A stretch of 64,000 nucleotides of DNA. Source: Chrysomallon squamiferum (taxonomy: Eukaryota; Animalia; Mollusca). The notes under the pieces are model-generated. The model did no database searches. It had not been told where the DNA came from and saw only the letters and a program-made list of their open reading frames with translations. Where the stretch lies: assembly GCA_012295275.1 (NCBI GenBank), contig CM022671.1, positions 15,004,001-15,068,000 on the forward strand, read 5' to 3'. Of the stretch, positions 26,401-39,445 are shown piece by piece (the stretch's first letter is position 1; every line of letters starts with the position of its first letter). The position numbers were made by a program, and so were the translations under genes.

Positions 26401-29400
26401 TTTTATCTTCATTGTCCATTTTATTCATCTCAGGTATCAAAATCTTCAAAGTATTCTTAGCTGACAATTTAAAAAAATATATATAAAACTAAAAATAAAT
26501 AAATCATTACATCAATTATTTTAAATCATTATAAATGTTTTATTTGAACTAATTTGTGGCATTTTATAACTTGATTGCATCAAATATCTCTTAAAATTGA
26601 TTTTACCTGCTTCTAATTTGGCTGCTTTTTTGCTGGAAGCATATCCAACACCATATTCAACATCCTCAATGATCACCCGTGCACTATAAGGTGTGGCAGC
26701 ATTTTCTGAATGTGCAGAAAAATAAATAATAATAGTAATTAAATATACTAACACTGAAGAATAAAGTATGGAACAAAAACCACAGTAACAGAATTTAATC
26801 CTTGAAAGGAGTGGCAGCATTTTATGAATATACAGAAAAAATAATTAATAATAATTAAATTATACACTGAAAAATAAAGGATGAAACCAAAAACAAAACA
26901 TTACCATAACTTGAAATATAAAAATATATTAAACACAAAAAGGAAATGATAAAATCAAAACACAATTTCTGAAACCATACAGTTGGTTAAATTCTATACA
27001 TCTAATTACTCAACAAAATACAGTAATTTAATAGCATATCTAAAACACCATTAAATACAAAACGAAAATTCAAAAATTTTGTTAAATTCTGTTTCATAAA
27101 CATATCATAGGAAGATTGTGGGACATCTGTTTACAATATATAAGCTATTACTTTTTCTTAATGTATTTTAATTGTTATTTCAAGCCCTCACATAATGCAA
27201 TAAGTATAAAAATTCCTACCTAGCTCTTTGAAAACGTATCTAGGCTGGACACGCATTGTGTGCTGAACATATTCATGAAGGATACACACATGAGACTTGC
27301 CTGAAGGATTCAGTACAAAATCTGGAAAAAAAAAAATAATAATAAAGAAAAAAAATGAAAAACAAAAATGACATTTGTTAATTTTTATATTTTTATTAGA
27401 TCCCTGGGTCCAAAACAGATTTCTTATTATACACATTAACCTTTGTAAAGTAAATTTGTCCTGAAATATATTTTAATTGAACAACAAATAGCAACAGATT
27501 GGATTTTTTTTTTTTATAAATATTAAATTAAACTGAAAGATATTCTAAGTCATAGCATGATTATTAAGACTATGAATTTAAAAAAAATGAGAAAACGACA
27601 ACAGAGATGCAGTTTACTGAATTTTTTTTTTAAATTAAATTAATCTAGAACATATTTTAAGATGAATCTTATTTATAAAAGAGACTATCCAAATAGTCTG
27701 GAGATGATTTTTATGTGATAATGATAAGTGCAAATAGGTCCTCACCTTTTCTCTTACCACCCTTCTCTCCTGGTTTATTAGTGTTTGGCAGTGGGCAGGT
27801 TATTAACTTTGTATTCATAGGCTAGATACCAAAAAAATATATTTTAATACAGAAAAGAAAAGCTATGAAGTATGTGTGTAGCTGTATTTTGGTTTATAAT
27901 TTCCTACATCACAAAGTAAAGCAAAATATCTAATTTGATATCAGTGAATTCAAACAAATTTTTAAAGGTATGTTTTCCTTAAATCTAAATTATTTTGGGC
28001 ATAAAAAAATTAAAGAGACTGTCAAAAAGAAATATTTTTTATTGTGCTAAAGAAAAAAAATCTAAATTGAGACTTTGTCACAGAAATGTTATAAAATTAA
28101 GTAAAAAGCTGGATAAATTATAGTTTACTTAAAATTCACATATGTAATTCACAAGAAAATTGCCATGCTTATCAGTTTATTTCAAGTGAAATGATCTTTT
28201 TAATAAAGAAAATGATTGTAATGTTCAAAGAAAACAGACCAACTCAGGACGGGATTGTTTCTTCATTTGTAAGAAATGTCTTCTCCTCTCTCTCCATGTT
28301 CTGATTTTAAAAATAAATAAATAAATTAAAACAAAATAAACAATTTGTAAATATTGTTTTATATTTATAGTGATTTCAGTTTAGTTAAATATTTTTACTA
28401 CACCTTTCAGTTTTCAAAAACAAGTATGTGGTGTTCTTTTACTAAATTCCTAATTCCATGCACCCAAAACTGATAAGAAAGATGGTTATGGAATACCAAT
28501 TAATGAATGCATAAAAAAGAAGGAAATAGTGGGTGGTGCCTATAAACTTGTTTTATCTGCAGTGATCAATATATTTAGCAAAATAAATATTTTAATTATT
28601 ACCATTCATATTGGACTTGCCCATTTTTACTACAGAGTGGTCACATATCATGAAGCAGTTGAATATCCATTTGCTCTATAGGAGGATTACAAAGCTAAAG
28701 CGACTGCTCTGAACTGTATTGGGTTAGTAAAAATGCCAGTGAAAATATGCAATAATAATTTAACATTTGGGATGAAAGGCTTTTAAAGTTTAATGTACTT
28801 AATGTTTTTAACACTACTGACCACTACCAAAATTGATACATGGACCAAGACTCCATTTTATGCTCGTACTGGCATCAGTATCAATATCATATTTCATACT
28901 GAAATATAGATTACATGGAATTCTGCTATAAAAACATCATTCTTATACTCTTACTTGTATTTTCTCACTGTAATGGTTTTGAACTGGAACAATTTTTCAC
29001 AGTATTTTCTTACTTCTTGTGCATCTGTGAACAAGTAAAACAGTGTTAATTATTAATTAGTACAGATTAAAAGCTAACAAAATTATAGTGTTTTTAAAGT
29101 GTCAAAGAAAACAAATGCACAATGGAACAGCTAAAATATAAAGACAATAAATAGACACTATATTAAACTGGACTTTTACGTAACATAAAAATATAGAGAT
29201 ATTTACATCTAACAAAGATTTTAAAAAGTAGTTCTTCTATGTTACCTAAAGATGATTCTTTCATTCTTTGTCCAGCACTTTCTAACTTTAACAGCAGGAA
29301 AATTTACTGATGGACAACCTGCAAAACATGAACAAAATAGCTTACATCAGATTATGACAAAGTTGTAGCACCACATTAAATGACTAACATTTTAATTATC

Positions 29401-31644
29401 TAAAAGGTTTTCTAAAAGACTAAAATAGAAAAGCTAAATGATTGTCACTGAGACTTGATCAAACATTTGTGGTGTCCTAAAGGATCAAAGTCAAATATTT
29501 GGTTTTAATCAGATAGCTTCAAGACAATTGTTTCTTTTATCCACAGATTTTTGTTGTTCTTGTGAATTATTTGATTGTTGAATATGTGCATCCTTTTTTC
29601 CATGCTAATAATAATATTTATGAAAAATTCAGTAATTTTATAACTAATGTGAGAAGAAACCCACTGTTATAAATGTGCTATTCTTTGGTATTTTGTCTTT
29701 TTGTTAGCAGAAAATGACCATTTACCTTCAATGTGTGTGGACCAGTGAATACATACCACAACCATTGTAAAATCACTTGTCGAGAAACTCTGACTAAAAA
29801 TGCCCTAATTAATGTGTTGAGAAGGATTGACCTTGTGATACATCTCAACTCAGTGTTCTGATTACTCAGCTACAGCAGAGCAAAGCAAGGTTTAACAGAA
29901 CATTTATTTAAAAGCCCTGCAATGTAACTGCATTTGATTACATACCTTTTCCATTTGTTCTGTTGTCAGATACAACATTGCTGCCTTCAACAACATTATT
30001 CTTAATTTTTTCTCCTGACATTTCATTGTTTATCTGGGCTTCATTTTTAATAGTTCCATCACAGTTTTCTTTATGAGAAGAATTGTTACTATGTGTTGCT
30101 GTTTCACTGGTAGTTTTGTCACAACATTCTATACTGTCATCACAAACTTCCAAGTCATTTGTTATGGAAGAATTGCAAGCTGGTTCTGCTTTAAAATGCA
30201 GATTTTTATCGGATGGTGGTGAATTCTTCATGCTGTTAGGACACCTGACAGTCATTTCTGCAGAATCTGCGTTTGATGAAATCTTGTGATGATCATCTGT
30301 GTTTAATTCTGATCTTGATGTGTCCTCTTCAGTCTCAATTTTGTCAAGACAGCGCCGGTAATGAAGACATGGAATGGCACTAAGTGGAATGTTGTGTTTC
30401 TGAGAAAATACAACATTGTTAATGTTCAGTAATCTACTCACAGCAATGTGGACTAAGAGTGGGAAGTGTCTTTATTTTGCTTTGACATTAACACAATGAA
30501 TAATAACTATCATCATTTGCTTTGCAATTATTTTAATGTTTAAAACTTAAATTTGTTTTGAATTAATTGCAAATCATTTCCTAAAAATAAACTGAATATA
30601 CTCATTTATTACACAGCATTTAACTGTTTTTGAGGGGAGTGGTTTATTTTAATCTAAATGAATAAAATAAAATTCTTATAATGGCTATGATTTGATTTAA
30701 AAGGAGTTAAATTTTGTGCCTTGAACGAGATATATTAATAAATATCAGTTTCTTTCATGATCTGCATTTCACTTGTGTGACAAATTACAAATAAGTATTT
30801 GAAAATGGTTAAAGAATGATCATCTTAGCATACCCTCACACTGTCAGGTCCTAGAAAATAAGGCTGGGAAAGGGTGACAACCCTAGAATCCTTGTGCAAG
30901 TAGACAGGCATACCACAGTTATGAGTTACCACAACCCATCCTTCAGGAATGATATTAAATGGATCATGACATAGTTCTGAAACAAAATCAAAATATGAAT
31001 GTATAAACAAATTATTAATAGTTCATATTTTCATGTTGCTGTTATGCTGTTCTAACATTAATACTTTTTATACTATTTTTTGTTTCACCAATTAAAAAAA
31101 TACAGACACACAAACACACTGAATTATTAAAAAGAATACCTTTCAGAACAACCTTCTCTCTCAGTACTGGCTCCTGATCATTTCCTTCTGATGCAACTGA
31201 CTGTTTGTTGATACCTTCCTCAAGCCAGGCATAAATTTCATTGTCGTCTACATATTCACCATCACTGTCCTCCAGTTTGCTGTCATCTTCATCCTCATCA
31301 CCTTCAATGTCATCAATAATTTCTAAATCAAATTTGTCCTGATCAGTCATATTCCGTTTGCTTTCAATACTGATCAATTCCCTGAATTTTTTTCTTGGAG
31401 GTTCATCACCACTGTCAAACTGACTTGACTTCATGCTATCCTCATCACCAACATCATTTTCATAGTCCAACTGGTCAAATTTTGAATTGGACATATGACT
31501 TGATGATGGTAACGCCATATCCTCTCCATCATTTGTCTTTCTTTTACAGTTTCTTTCGTCATTAGTTAATTTATTGCTAACTGGGTTATTTAAAGTATCG
31601 TCACCCCCATCTTCTTTTAAATCTTCCATTCTGCCAGTCATCAA
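23417..31644 (-). CDS. DGCR8: Microprocessor subunit DGCR8/Pasha
   Basis: 16 exons: 31644-31140, 30976-30834, 30399-29946, 29318-29246, 29024-28955, 28300-28240, 27821-27746, 27321-27220, 26705-26607, 26460-26378, 25927-25827, 25465-25366, 25048-24992, 24607-24527, 24123-24013, 23494-23417. WW/Rhed region [24 protein letters not shown]...PYFLG...[14 protein letters not shown]; dsRBD1 [13 protein letters not shown]...[14 protein letters not shown]; dsRBD2 [19 protein letters not shown]...WGSILRLYG. Exon 4 is 73 nt (a one-base frame problem). Confidence 0.96.
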
Positions 31645-32048
31645 TCATTTCATCAGACCTTATTAATCAAAGTATTTCATGTCCTATATATAGATAAAAA
31701 TCCAATCTTGTTTAATCAACATAATCACAATTGTTTTAGTTTTTAATCAGCAATTTAGAACAAAGGGGAAGAAAACATAATAATAATAATAATAATAATA
31801 ATAATCATAAATATTCAGTCTAAATTAAGAACAAATTCCTTTTCTCCAATTACTGTCAACTTTGTTTTATTTTTATTTTTTGTCATTACTTTTGTTAAAT
31901 AAATTTAGAAATTTCTGATCCACATAACTTTTTAAAGTGATATAGTTTATGGATTTCAAATTTATTTATTTATTATTTTTACAATTTTTTTTTTTTAACT
32001 TTCTATTTTTTGTATAATTTCTATTTAAAACACTTTTGATAAATATAC

Positions 32049-32401
32049 CCAGACTTGCAAACAAGGCAGACCTATGCAACTTCACACAATTTACATTCGA
32101 AGACACCCTATATCAATTATTCTCCTATCAGGTACATATTAGCAGTACATAAATCTTTCTTGGGTACAGTAGAGGTGATGTGACCTTTTAACAAACCAAA
32201 GGCTTTCTGGCACCTGAGTACAAGAAGTTAACTGTCAAAGAAGCAAGGCCAATTACTCACAAAGAAAATGTCTGTTTTACCAGAAGAGTTTGTGCACTGC
32301 TTAAAATACTGGTAATGCTGGAGCTGTTCTAGATAAAAGAGGCTTCAGCCTTACAAGTACAGATTACAGTACACGCAATTATATGCACATCAGCTTCATT
32401 C
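32049..32401 (-). other. DGCR8: Putative non-coding 5'UTR exon of DGCR8
   Basis: Acceptor ctttgtattccaacag|G at 32401 and donor GG|GTATAT at 32049 bound a 353-nt block more GC-rich than the flanking AT-rich intron. The next acceptor (tatatag|) at 31683 precedes the ATG exon. Contains a 6-codon uORF (MKLMCI*). Confidence 0.6.
32292..32374 (-). ncRNA. Pri-miRNA-like hairpin (candidate Microprocessor cleavage site) in the DGCR8 5'UTR
   Basis: Minus-strand RNA: GUGUACUGU pairs with GCAGUGCAC (9 bp including 2 G-U), then a 5x5 internal loop, then GUACUUGUAAGGCUGAAGC pairing with GCUCCAGCAUUACCAGUAU (3 single mismatches), then a short apical stem and loop. CUUC (CNNC) begins 6 nt after the stem base. 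Confidence 0.6.
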
Positions 32402-34099
32402 CTGTTGGAATACAAAGTTACATAATGTTACTTTATAATAAAAGAAAAAAAAAATAATAATAATAATTTAAAAGATCTTATCTATTTATTCACTCAATCT
32501 ACTGTAAAACTGCTTCAAATAAAATATTTTTCTTCCCTAAATGTAATCTCAGTTTAAAACATGCAGATGACTTATTCACTGAGAGTGTGTGAAGCTGATA
32601 ATCACAAACAAGCAAATGTATTTAACAATCAAACATTTGAAAATATTAATGAACTATCCATTGTTCACTTTGTTTCTTTGTATTCAACTCACACTAAAAC
32701 TATACAAAGGTGTACATTGCATGGAAGCATAGATTAAATAACTAAAATTGTAGTCATCTCTCAAACACATGTTGATGCAAATGTTACTTTCCTCTTTATG
32801 ATATAGATGCAAAAGCTGAATTACCTGTTTCGATGTACATTTTCAAAACTATGGCAGTAATATATACACTGATATGAATTTTATATTCTTCATTTATATG
32901 TAAAGATTATAAAATATTTTGTTTCAGTTTTAACGAAGGCTTATTTCGATCTTAAATGTATGTATTTACTTTTTTAATAAAAAAATTCAGAATATACATT
33001 CAAATTATAACAAGTATAATCTCAGAGAGGCTAGTTGCATTAATATGTTGCTAAAACACACACACACGCACTCAACTGTAATGAAATTAATGTGAAACTG
33101 AACAATGAAAATCAGATGAAAATGCAGCATGTAATTAATGCAAATTGCCTTTCTTTCAGATTATACTTTCCTATCAATACTTGACTGTTAAATAATTACT
33201 ATTATCCACTACACTTAAGAAACAGATGTCTACTTAAGTTCAAATAATTTTAAATGCTAAAGGTGTATTTGGGGGGGGGGAGGAATTATGAAGAAAGCCT
33301 TTTTAGCAGCTAAATCTTTGACTAAAATTGCCAACATGTTCAAACTGATACACAACGAACCTGAAGATCATTACTTTATAGGTAATTTGACATTCATCAG
33401 CTATTATTAGGGCTAAAACAGTTTTAAAAAGAAATAAGATAATGCAATTTCTCATGGAATTATATTGCAATTTTTTTTTTTTTTTTAAATTGTAACTGTA
33501 AATGGGAATTCTAAAAGACATAAAAGCAGCAAGGAAAGAAACTGCCAATAATAACTTCTGTCTTGTCTAGTTTTGTAAGATTGTAACACTATTATAGTCA
33601 GAACTTCTCATTTGTTACTGAAATAAAAGATAAAAATTTGTTATCAGCTCATTAAATTGTTGCTTCACGTTTCTTACACAATACTGAATATCTACTGCCG
33701 CAGTTGAAACTGCAGAAAATTTACTCTTTCAGGTCTTTATCAAGTTCATGTCTAGATAAAGATACAAATCATTTATCACCAGTTTCAGTTTTTTTGCTGA
33801 ATCGTGAATGTGCCTAATGTTTGTATTCAGCATCGAATCTATACAATGAATCATGATATAATTATATATATATATATATATATATGAGTTATTTACTTTG
33901 ATTAAAATAATATGTATCATTTAAACGTAAAATAACAATAAAAATGGACAAATCATTTGTCAAATCCTAACAACTAAAGAGGAAAGTATAACAACTCTCG
34001 ACCCTGGAGACTCGAACATAATTATATTAATAATCTAAATTTCTGTCTTAGACCAATTTCAGTTAGAGTTGCACGCAATGAAACTAAAATACTTGTATC

Positions 34100-35570
34100 A
34101 TAATGTTCGATATTCCTTAATCTTTACCTCTTTATCAATATCTAAACACGTATTATTATCTCAAATGTAAAATAAAAATGTTCTCAAATCTACATGTACA
34201 TACTGGAATTGAATCAAACCAAGCGGACAAATACAGTTGTTGTGAAATTAGGGATACATAAGTCCAGGAAACAGTTTATCGATCGTCAGGTCTTTCAAAC
34301 AATGTTCAGATTAAATCTCTAGTCCGTCCCAAAAAACTATATTTGTGACCCGAAAATATATAGAAATCGATACAGTAATCATATTTGGCTAACAGACACA
34401 CATGCACACACACATATACACAGAGACATACATTAATACATATTGTTATATAGTAAATCTTTATAATATTCTTGTTTACGATTTGACATCATAATAGCGT
34501 ATGTATACGTTGATACAGATATTTTTTCATAGCGTTTCTTGAAACGTGCGAAGAATAATATCATGAATTGCGAATTTTTTTCGATTCTAGTTATGGGAGA
34601 ATTCAGTTCTAAACTTTCATGAAACAAAAGTATTTCCAGTCAATCAAAATGATCGTGTATAAGCGGTTTTTCGACAGCCTCTCTCCATGACAGCATGAGC
34701 ATACTCCTTCTACCGAGACAGGTGTAACTCTGTAAGATTTATTTATTTATCTTCAACATCGCTATGATTATTTTTAGAACTGCTGTTACTACTATTTCTA
34801 TATAATAAGAAAAATACGAAGAAAGAAAAACAACTATAATAATAAGATAGTAGATTAGTATTTAGGTAGTAATAAAAACATCGTAGGCTATAGCCTATAA
34901 ACAGAGCGAGTCTGTGCTGTCTATATAAATATTTATAACACACACTTAGCGAGTGCAATTTATTATTATAAAAACTCTAGCTGGTGCATGATATCCAGGC
35001 AGTTCCACCACAAATCGATGCTCTATTTCAATGAGGAAAAAGAATTTTGTTTTAGAATTATCTCCCATGAAAACCCTTTGTTCGTTTTCTTCTTCTTCTC
35101 TTAACTAACCAATAACTATGATAGATACTTTCTGAAGTTTGCTGAAATTGTTCGCCAGTTTCACGTGAGCATAGTTAAAAATAATTAGTGTACCGCTTTC
35201 AAGACTATCTTGAACCAGTTAATGCGAGGATGTTTTCAGGCGTTCTTAAAACTGTAGTTCGTGTGAAAAGCAGTGGGTTCCTGCATGTCCAAAAGTCATT
35301 TATTTTAAGTTGTAAATCAATAATTGTTAATTCAGACATATACGGTTTTACCATTTGCTGTTTCTTGCCAGTAAAAATGATCAAAACAAATAATTATGTC
35401 GAAATAAGGAAATCTTACTATTTCGTTAAGATTATTAGATGCTTAGGTAGTCACGCGAATTTTAGCTATTATGCACGAGGAATGATAAAGTGTACCTTGT
35501 AAATAAACCAGCGTGTTGTGTAATAACACTAGAGTTGACGGAGGATAAACGAGAAAAGTTCAAACAAGGT
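34100..35570. promoter_or_regulatory. Probable divergent promoter region between DGCR8 (-) and HGH1 (+)
   Basis: The genes are head-to-head and the interval is CpG-richer than the introns. Candidate first-exon donors are AAG|GTAAAA at 35568 (+, HGH1) and GAG|GTAAAG at 34128 (-). TSS positions are inferred only. Confidence 0.4.
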
Positions 35571-36270
35571 AAAAATAAATTAATTAATATTTTAAAATTT
35601 TTATATGTTAGCAGCTTCATGGCTTTCTAACATTTTATTCAATATTAATAAAGTAATAATACTACTAATAACTATAATTACATAATTTTTGGGCATGATT
35701 GTAGACCTTATAAGTTATATATAATACTAATACCATTAAACATGTTATTTTCTTTTTTAATTTAATTTAATTTATGTTATAATAATAATACTAATACTAA
35801 TTGGTATATGCTTGTCACATAAAATGTTATGGGAAATGTATGGAATTTTTATGTATTTTTAAGGTCTAGATTAGCGTGATTTCATACACATTGTTTCTGA
35901 ATTAATGATTGATGTGATGCACACACACATACATGCACATATATACACACATTTAATAAAAGAGTAAGAGCATTGAACAGTGATTACCACTATCTCAGAA
36001 TTTGTTTGCGTTCCTATTCATTAGGGAAAGTCAGAACACAACAACAGTGAAATGTTCATTTCTGTTTTTAAAACAATTAAAATATTATAAAATACGTCAG
36101 ATATCTTCCTGTAATTTTATTTAAATCTTTTAATAATTATAGCTGAAAAAATATTCAGATATTCAATGTTTAATTTAGACTTGTTTTATATAATATCTTT
36201 TTATTTTACAGATAAAAGTGACCACGTAAATTAAAAAAACAAAAAACGACAACAACATACATAGACAACC

Positions 36271-37221
36271 ATGTCTTCTGCAGATCAGTCAACAAAAAAC
36301 ACTTTTGAAAAAGAAATTCTCCCATTTTTAAAGACATCAGCAAGACCAGATCTGAAGAGTATTGCTTTGGACTATTTTTTGGGTATGACAGCAACTGAAG
36401 ATGGCAGAAAATTCATAGCAGATGGTGATGGTTTCATTGAAGCAATTGTTTCATTAACCTCTGACAGCCTTCCAGGAATTGTGAACAATGCTTTCAGTTC
36501 TTTGGTGAACTTGTCAACAGATGAAAATATTGCATGGAATATTCTGAATTTGAAAAAATATCCTAATTTATGTGCAAACCTTTTGCATTATGTTGTACAA
36601 AGTGATAGTGCCCATGCTGATATTGTGGCGTCTCTGTTGTCAAACTTGACAAGAAGTGGAAGGTGTGCTTTTAAAGTTGCAGAAATTTTGTCTGAAGATA
36701 AGGATGGGGTTACTTTAGAAAAAATGATTCAGGTTTTCTGCAATCTGAATCACAACCCAAATGCAAATCTTCATTTTCTTGCAACTCTTCTGATGAACTT
36801 GACACAGGATCCAAGAATACGCCATAAAATTATGAACAGACAGAAATTAGTGTTACAGAAATTGCTTCCATTTACTGAGTTCAGTGATTCAAAAATCCGA
36901 CGAGCAGGAATTGTTGGCGTTCTTAAGAACTGCTGCTTTGAAACTGGTAAATATAACCCATTTTTAATAATTCAAATGAAAAATTCATAGTTGTTTTACA
37001 TAATATAACAACAATGGAACTAACATAGGTTAGAATGGTTTGATGAATTCTTTAAATTAGAATCTGTTAAGATATTGACTTGTTTCAATTAGAAGAGATC
37101 ATTACCAGATTTTAAGATTAAGAATCAAATTATTGCCTGCAAAAGAGTAATCTGATAATAGTTAATTTTTAATTTAATTTTTTTTTGATGACTGATGACA
37201 TAACTTTTATTTATTTATCAT

Positions 37222-37252
<31 letters not shown>

Positions 37253-38270
37253 GTTACTTCATATCCACATTAAGATAAACTGAATTCTGATTTGTTTGGA
37301 ATCACTTTATGTGTTTTATTTTAGTAAATCACTTTTATTTAAACTTTTGATTATCACTTAATTTTATTTTATTATTTGTGCTTTCTCTATAAACCTTATA
37401 GATTTCCATGAATGGTTGATCAGTGACGAAGTTGACATATTTCCTCGATTACTGCTACCACTTGCTGGTCCAGAAGAATTTGATGATGATGATATGGAAA
37501 AACTACCCATTGACTTGCAGTATTTACCTCCAGACAAACAGAGAGAGCCAGACCCAGATATTCGTAAAATGCTTGTAGAAGCGATAACACAGGTAGTGTA
37601 TTTCTCTTACATTTTATCATTGTTTACGAAGAAATAGATTTCTCAAAATTATTGAGATAACAGTCAAAGAATTTGTGTAAAAGTAAAAAAATAAAAAATA
37701 AAAATAACATAACGTTAACATAAAGAAAGCAAAAAAAAATCTTGACAAAATTCAAACAAAACTCTGCTTTATAATATTTTTATGTTAAGTGTTTTTTTCT
37801 GATTGCATATTGCTAACAAATAAAAAGACACCCAACTGACTGCAAAAAGTGAAAATTTTTCTGAACAAAACCACAACTTCTAAAGTTAACAATTTACTGT
37901 ACAAAGCATTATTACAAATGGTCTGAGATAAAAAAACAAAAATTTAGAATGACATAAATTTTAAATATTTTTGTTTTGTTTTCAGCTTTGTGCAACAAAA
38001 TCATGTAGAAAATATGTCAAAGAGAAAAACACTTACGTCATCATGAGAGAACTTCACAAGTGGGAACACGACAAAGGTTGTGATGTTGCAATCCTAAATT
38101 TAATTGCCATATTAATAGCAGATGAACCTCCAGAGGGGATGGATAATTTCAAGGAAGTTGAAATTCCAGAAAATCTGAAGGACATTTTAGATGAAGAATA
38201 TCATAAGACACAGAAAGAGATTGAAGACTCAATAAAACAGGAAATAGAACTGGAGAAGAGTAAACCTTAA
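36271..38270 (+). CDS. HGH1: Protein HGH1 homolog (eEF2 co-chaperone, FAM203)
   Basis: Exons 36271-36946, 37402-37592 and 37986-38270, all in phase. Motifs LSNLTR, LLMNLTQ, LLPFTE...IRRAGIVGVLKNCCFE..HEWL, LLLPLAGPEEF...LP.DLQYLP.DKQREPDPDIRKMLVEA..QLCAT...Y.IMRELH.WE. Confidence 0.95.
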
Positions 38271-39328
38271 ATCTTTTTTAAATAAAATCTTTAAAAATTT
38301 GACATGGAATAGAAAGAAGTTAAGAAAAAAATCGACAATATTCAACTATATTCTACCATTGCCATTTGGTGTAAAAAGCAATGAAGTTGCCTATATGAAT
38401 TTTCTCTTTATTTATTTTCAGAGAAAAAATGTTCTTTTTTTGGTAAGAATCTGCATCTAAAGGACCCAGTTTATACTACTTAGGGAGCTTGTAACAGAAA
38501 CAGACAGGTCTCATAAGCAGGAACAAACCTAATTATTAACAGAAATACATATGTGTTAATACATTAAGGTGGATTTTATTTTTTTTAATTTTAATTTTAA
38601 TAAGGGTGTGTGTGTGTAAACGCACAATCGAAAAACATTTTTCTTTCTTCTTTGTTTTATTCTATTTTATTAATATAAATTATATGAAAATAAATTAAAT
38701 AAATTATGAATATAAAATATTAAAAATTTGGAGCTTCGTATTCAGAAGGGTTCAAGACTGACGAACTAAATGTCAACATGGTTTCAGTAATACAGGAAAA
38801 ATAAAAAAAATGTATTTTTGAGAGTTCTTCAATCTCCAGAATTCTGTATACATATTGGTATTTTATTCTGTTTATTTTATTTCATTGAAATACTCTTCAA
38901 GAAAGAACTTCCGCTTATTAATCGTGCTTACAAATTCGACTATGACTGTTCTACTGATGGCTGGTATGAAAGTTACAATTTTTATATAACAAAATGTATG
39001 GGTTTTTATAATATTGAATGTGGCATCCTAGTAAGCATTGAGTAATTATTAAGCTTATTGTTTAGGTCAATTAGACTAGATTAAAAAAAAGAGAGGCTTT
39101 ATATTGTGCAGGGATGGTGACTTGTTATACTTATTAATTAATGTCTTTAGGCAGGATTAAAGAAGGAGTCTTCATACTGACCTGGGGTGACGTTTGGGTC
39201 TAGCTTACTGATTAGGGTAGATTTAAACTAAGGGCTTCCTATTGTAAATCATTTATAAAATGTCCCAGGTTAAAATGTGTTTCATTCTATATTCTCCAGC
39301 TCGCTCTAGTATGAGAAGTATGTTTAAT

Positions 39329-39445
39329 ATGGAAGTTATTCATAGCAATAAGGGTGGTAACAGAATCTGTTATGAGGGGGTCATGTATACCAAACATGCA
39401 GCTCGCAAAACAAAGTCGTGATGGATATGTGTCAAAAGATCTAGT
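39329..39445 (+). mobile_element. Decayed Mutator-like (MULE) transposase fragment, FLYWCH-type zinc finger
   Basis: Translates as MEVIHSNKGGNRICYEGVMYTKHAARKTKS*WICVKRSS, matching the S.KGG..L.Y.GY.Y......W.C.KR pattern at the N-terminus of FLYWCH-MULE transposases. It has an in-frame stop, is truncated, and sits in a GC-richer block (~39110-39590). Confidence 0.6.

Noticed and set aside
33995-34070. tRNA-like A-box (TGGTCTAAG) and B-box (GTTCGAGTC) on the minus strand
   Set aside because: No cloverleaf can be built; at most a degraded tRNA-derived SINE head.
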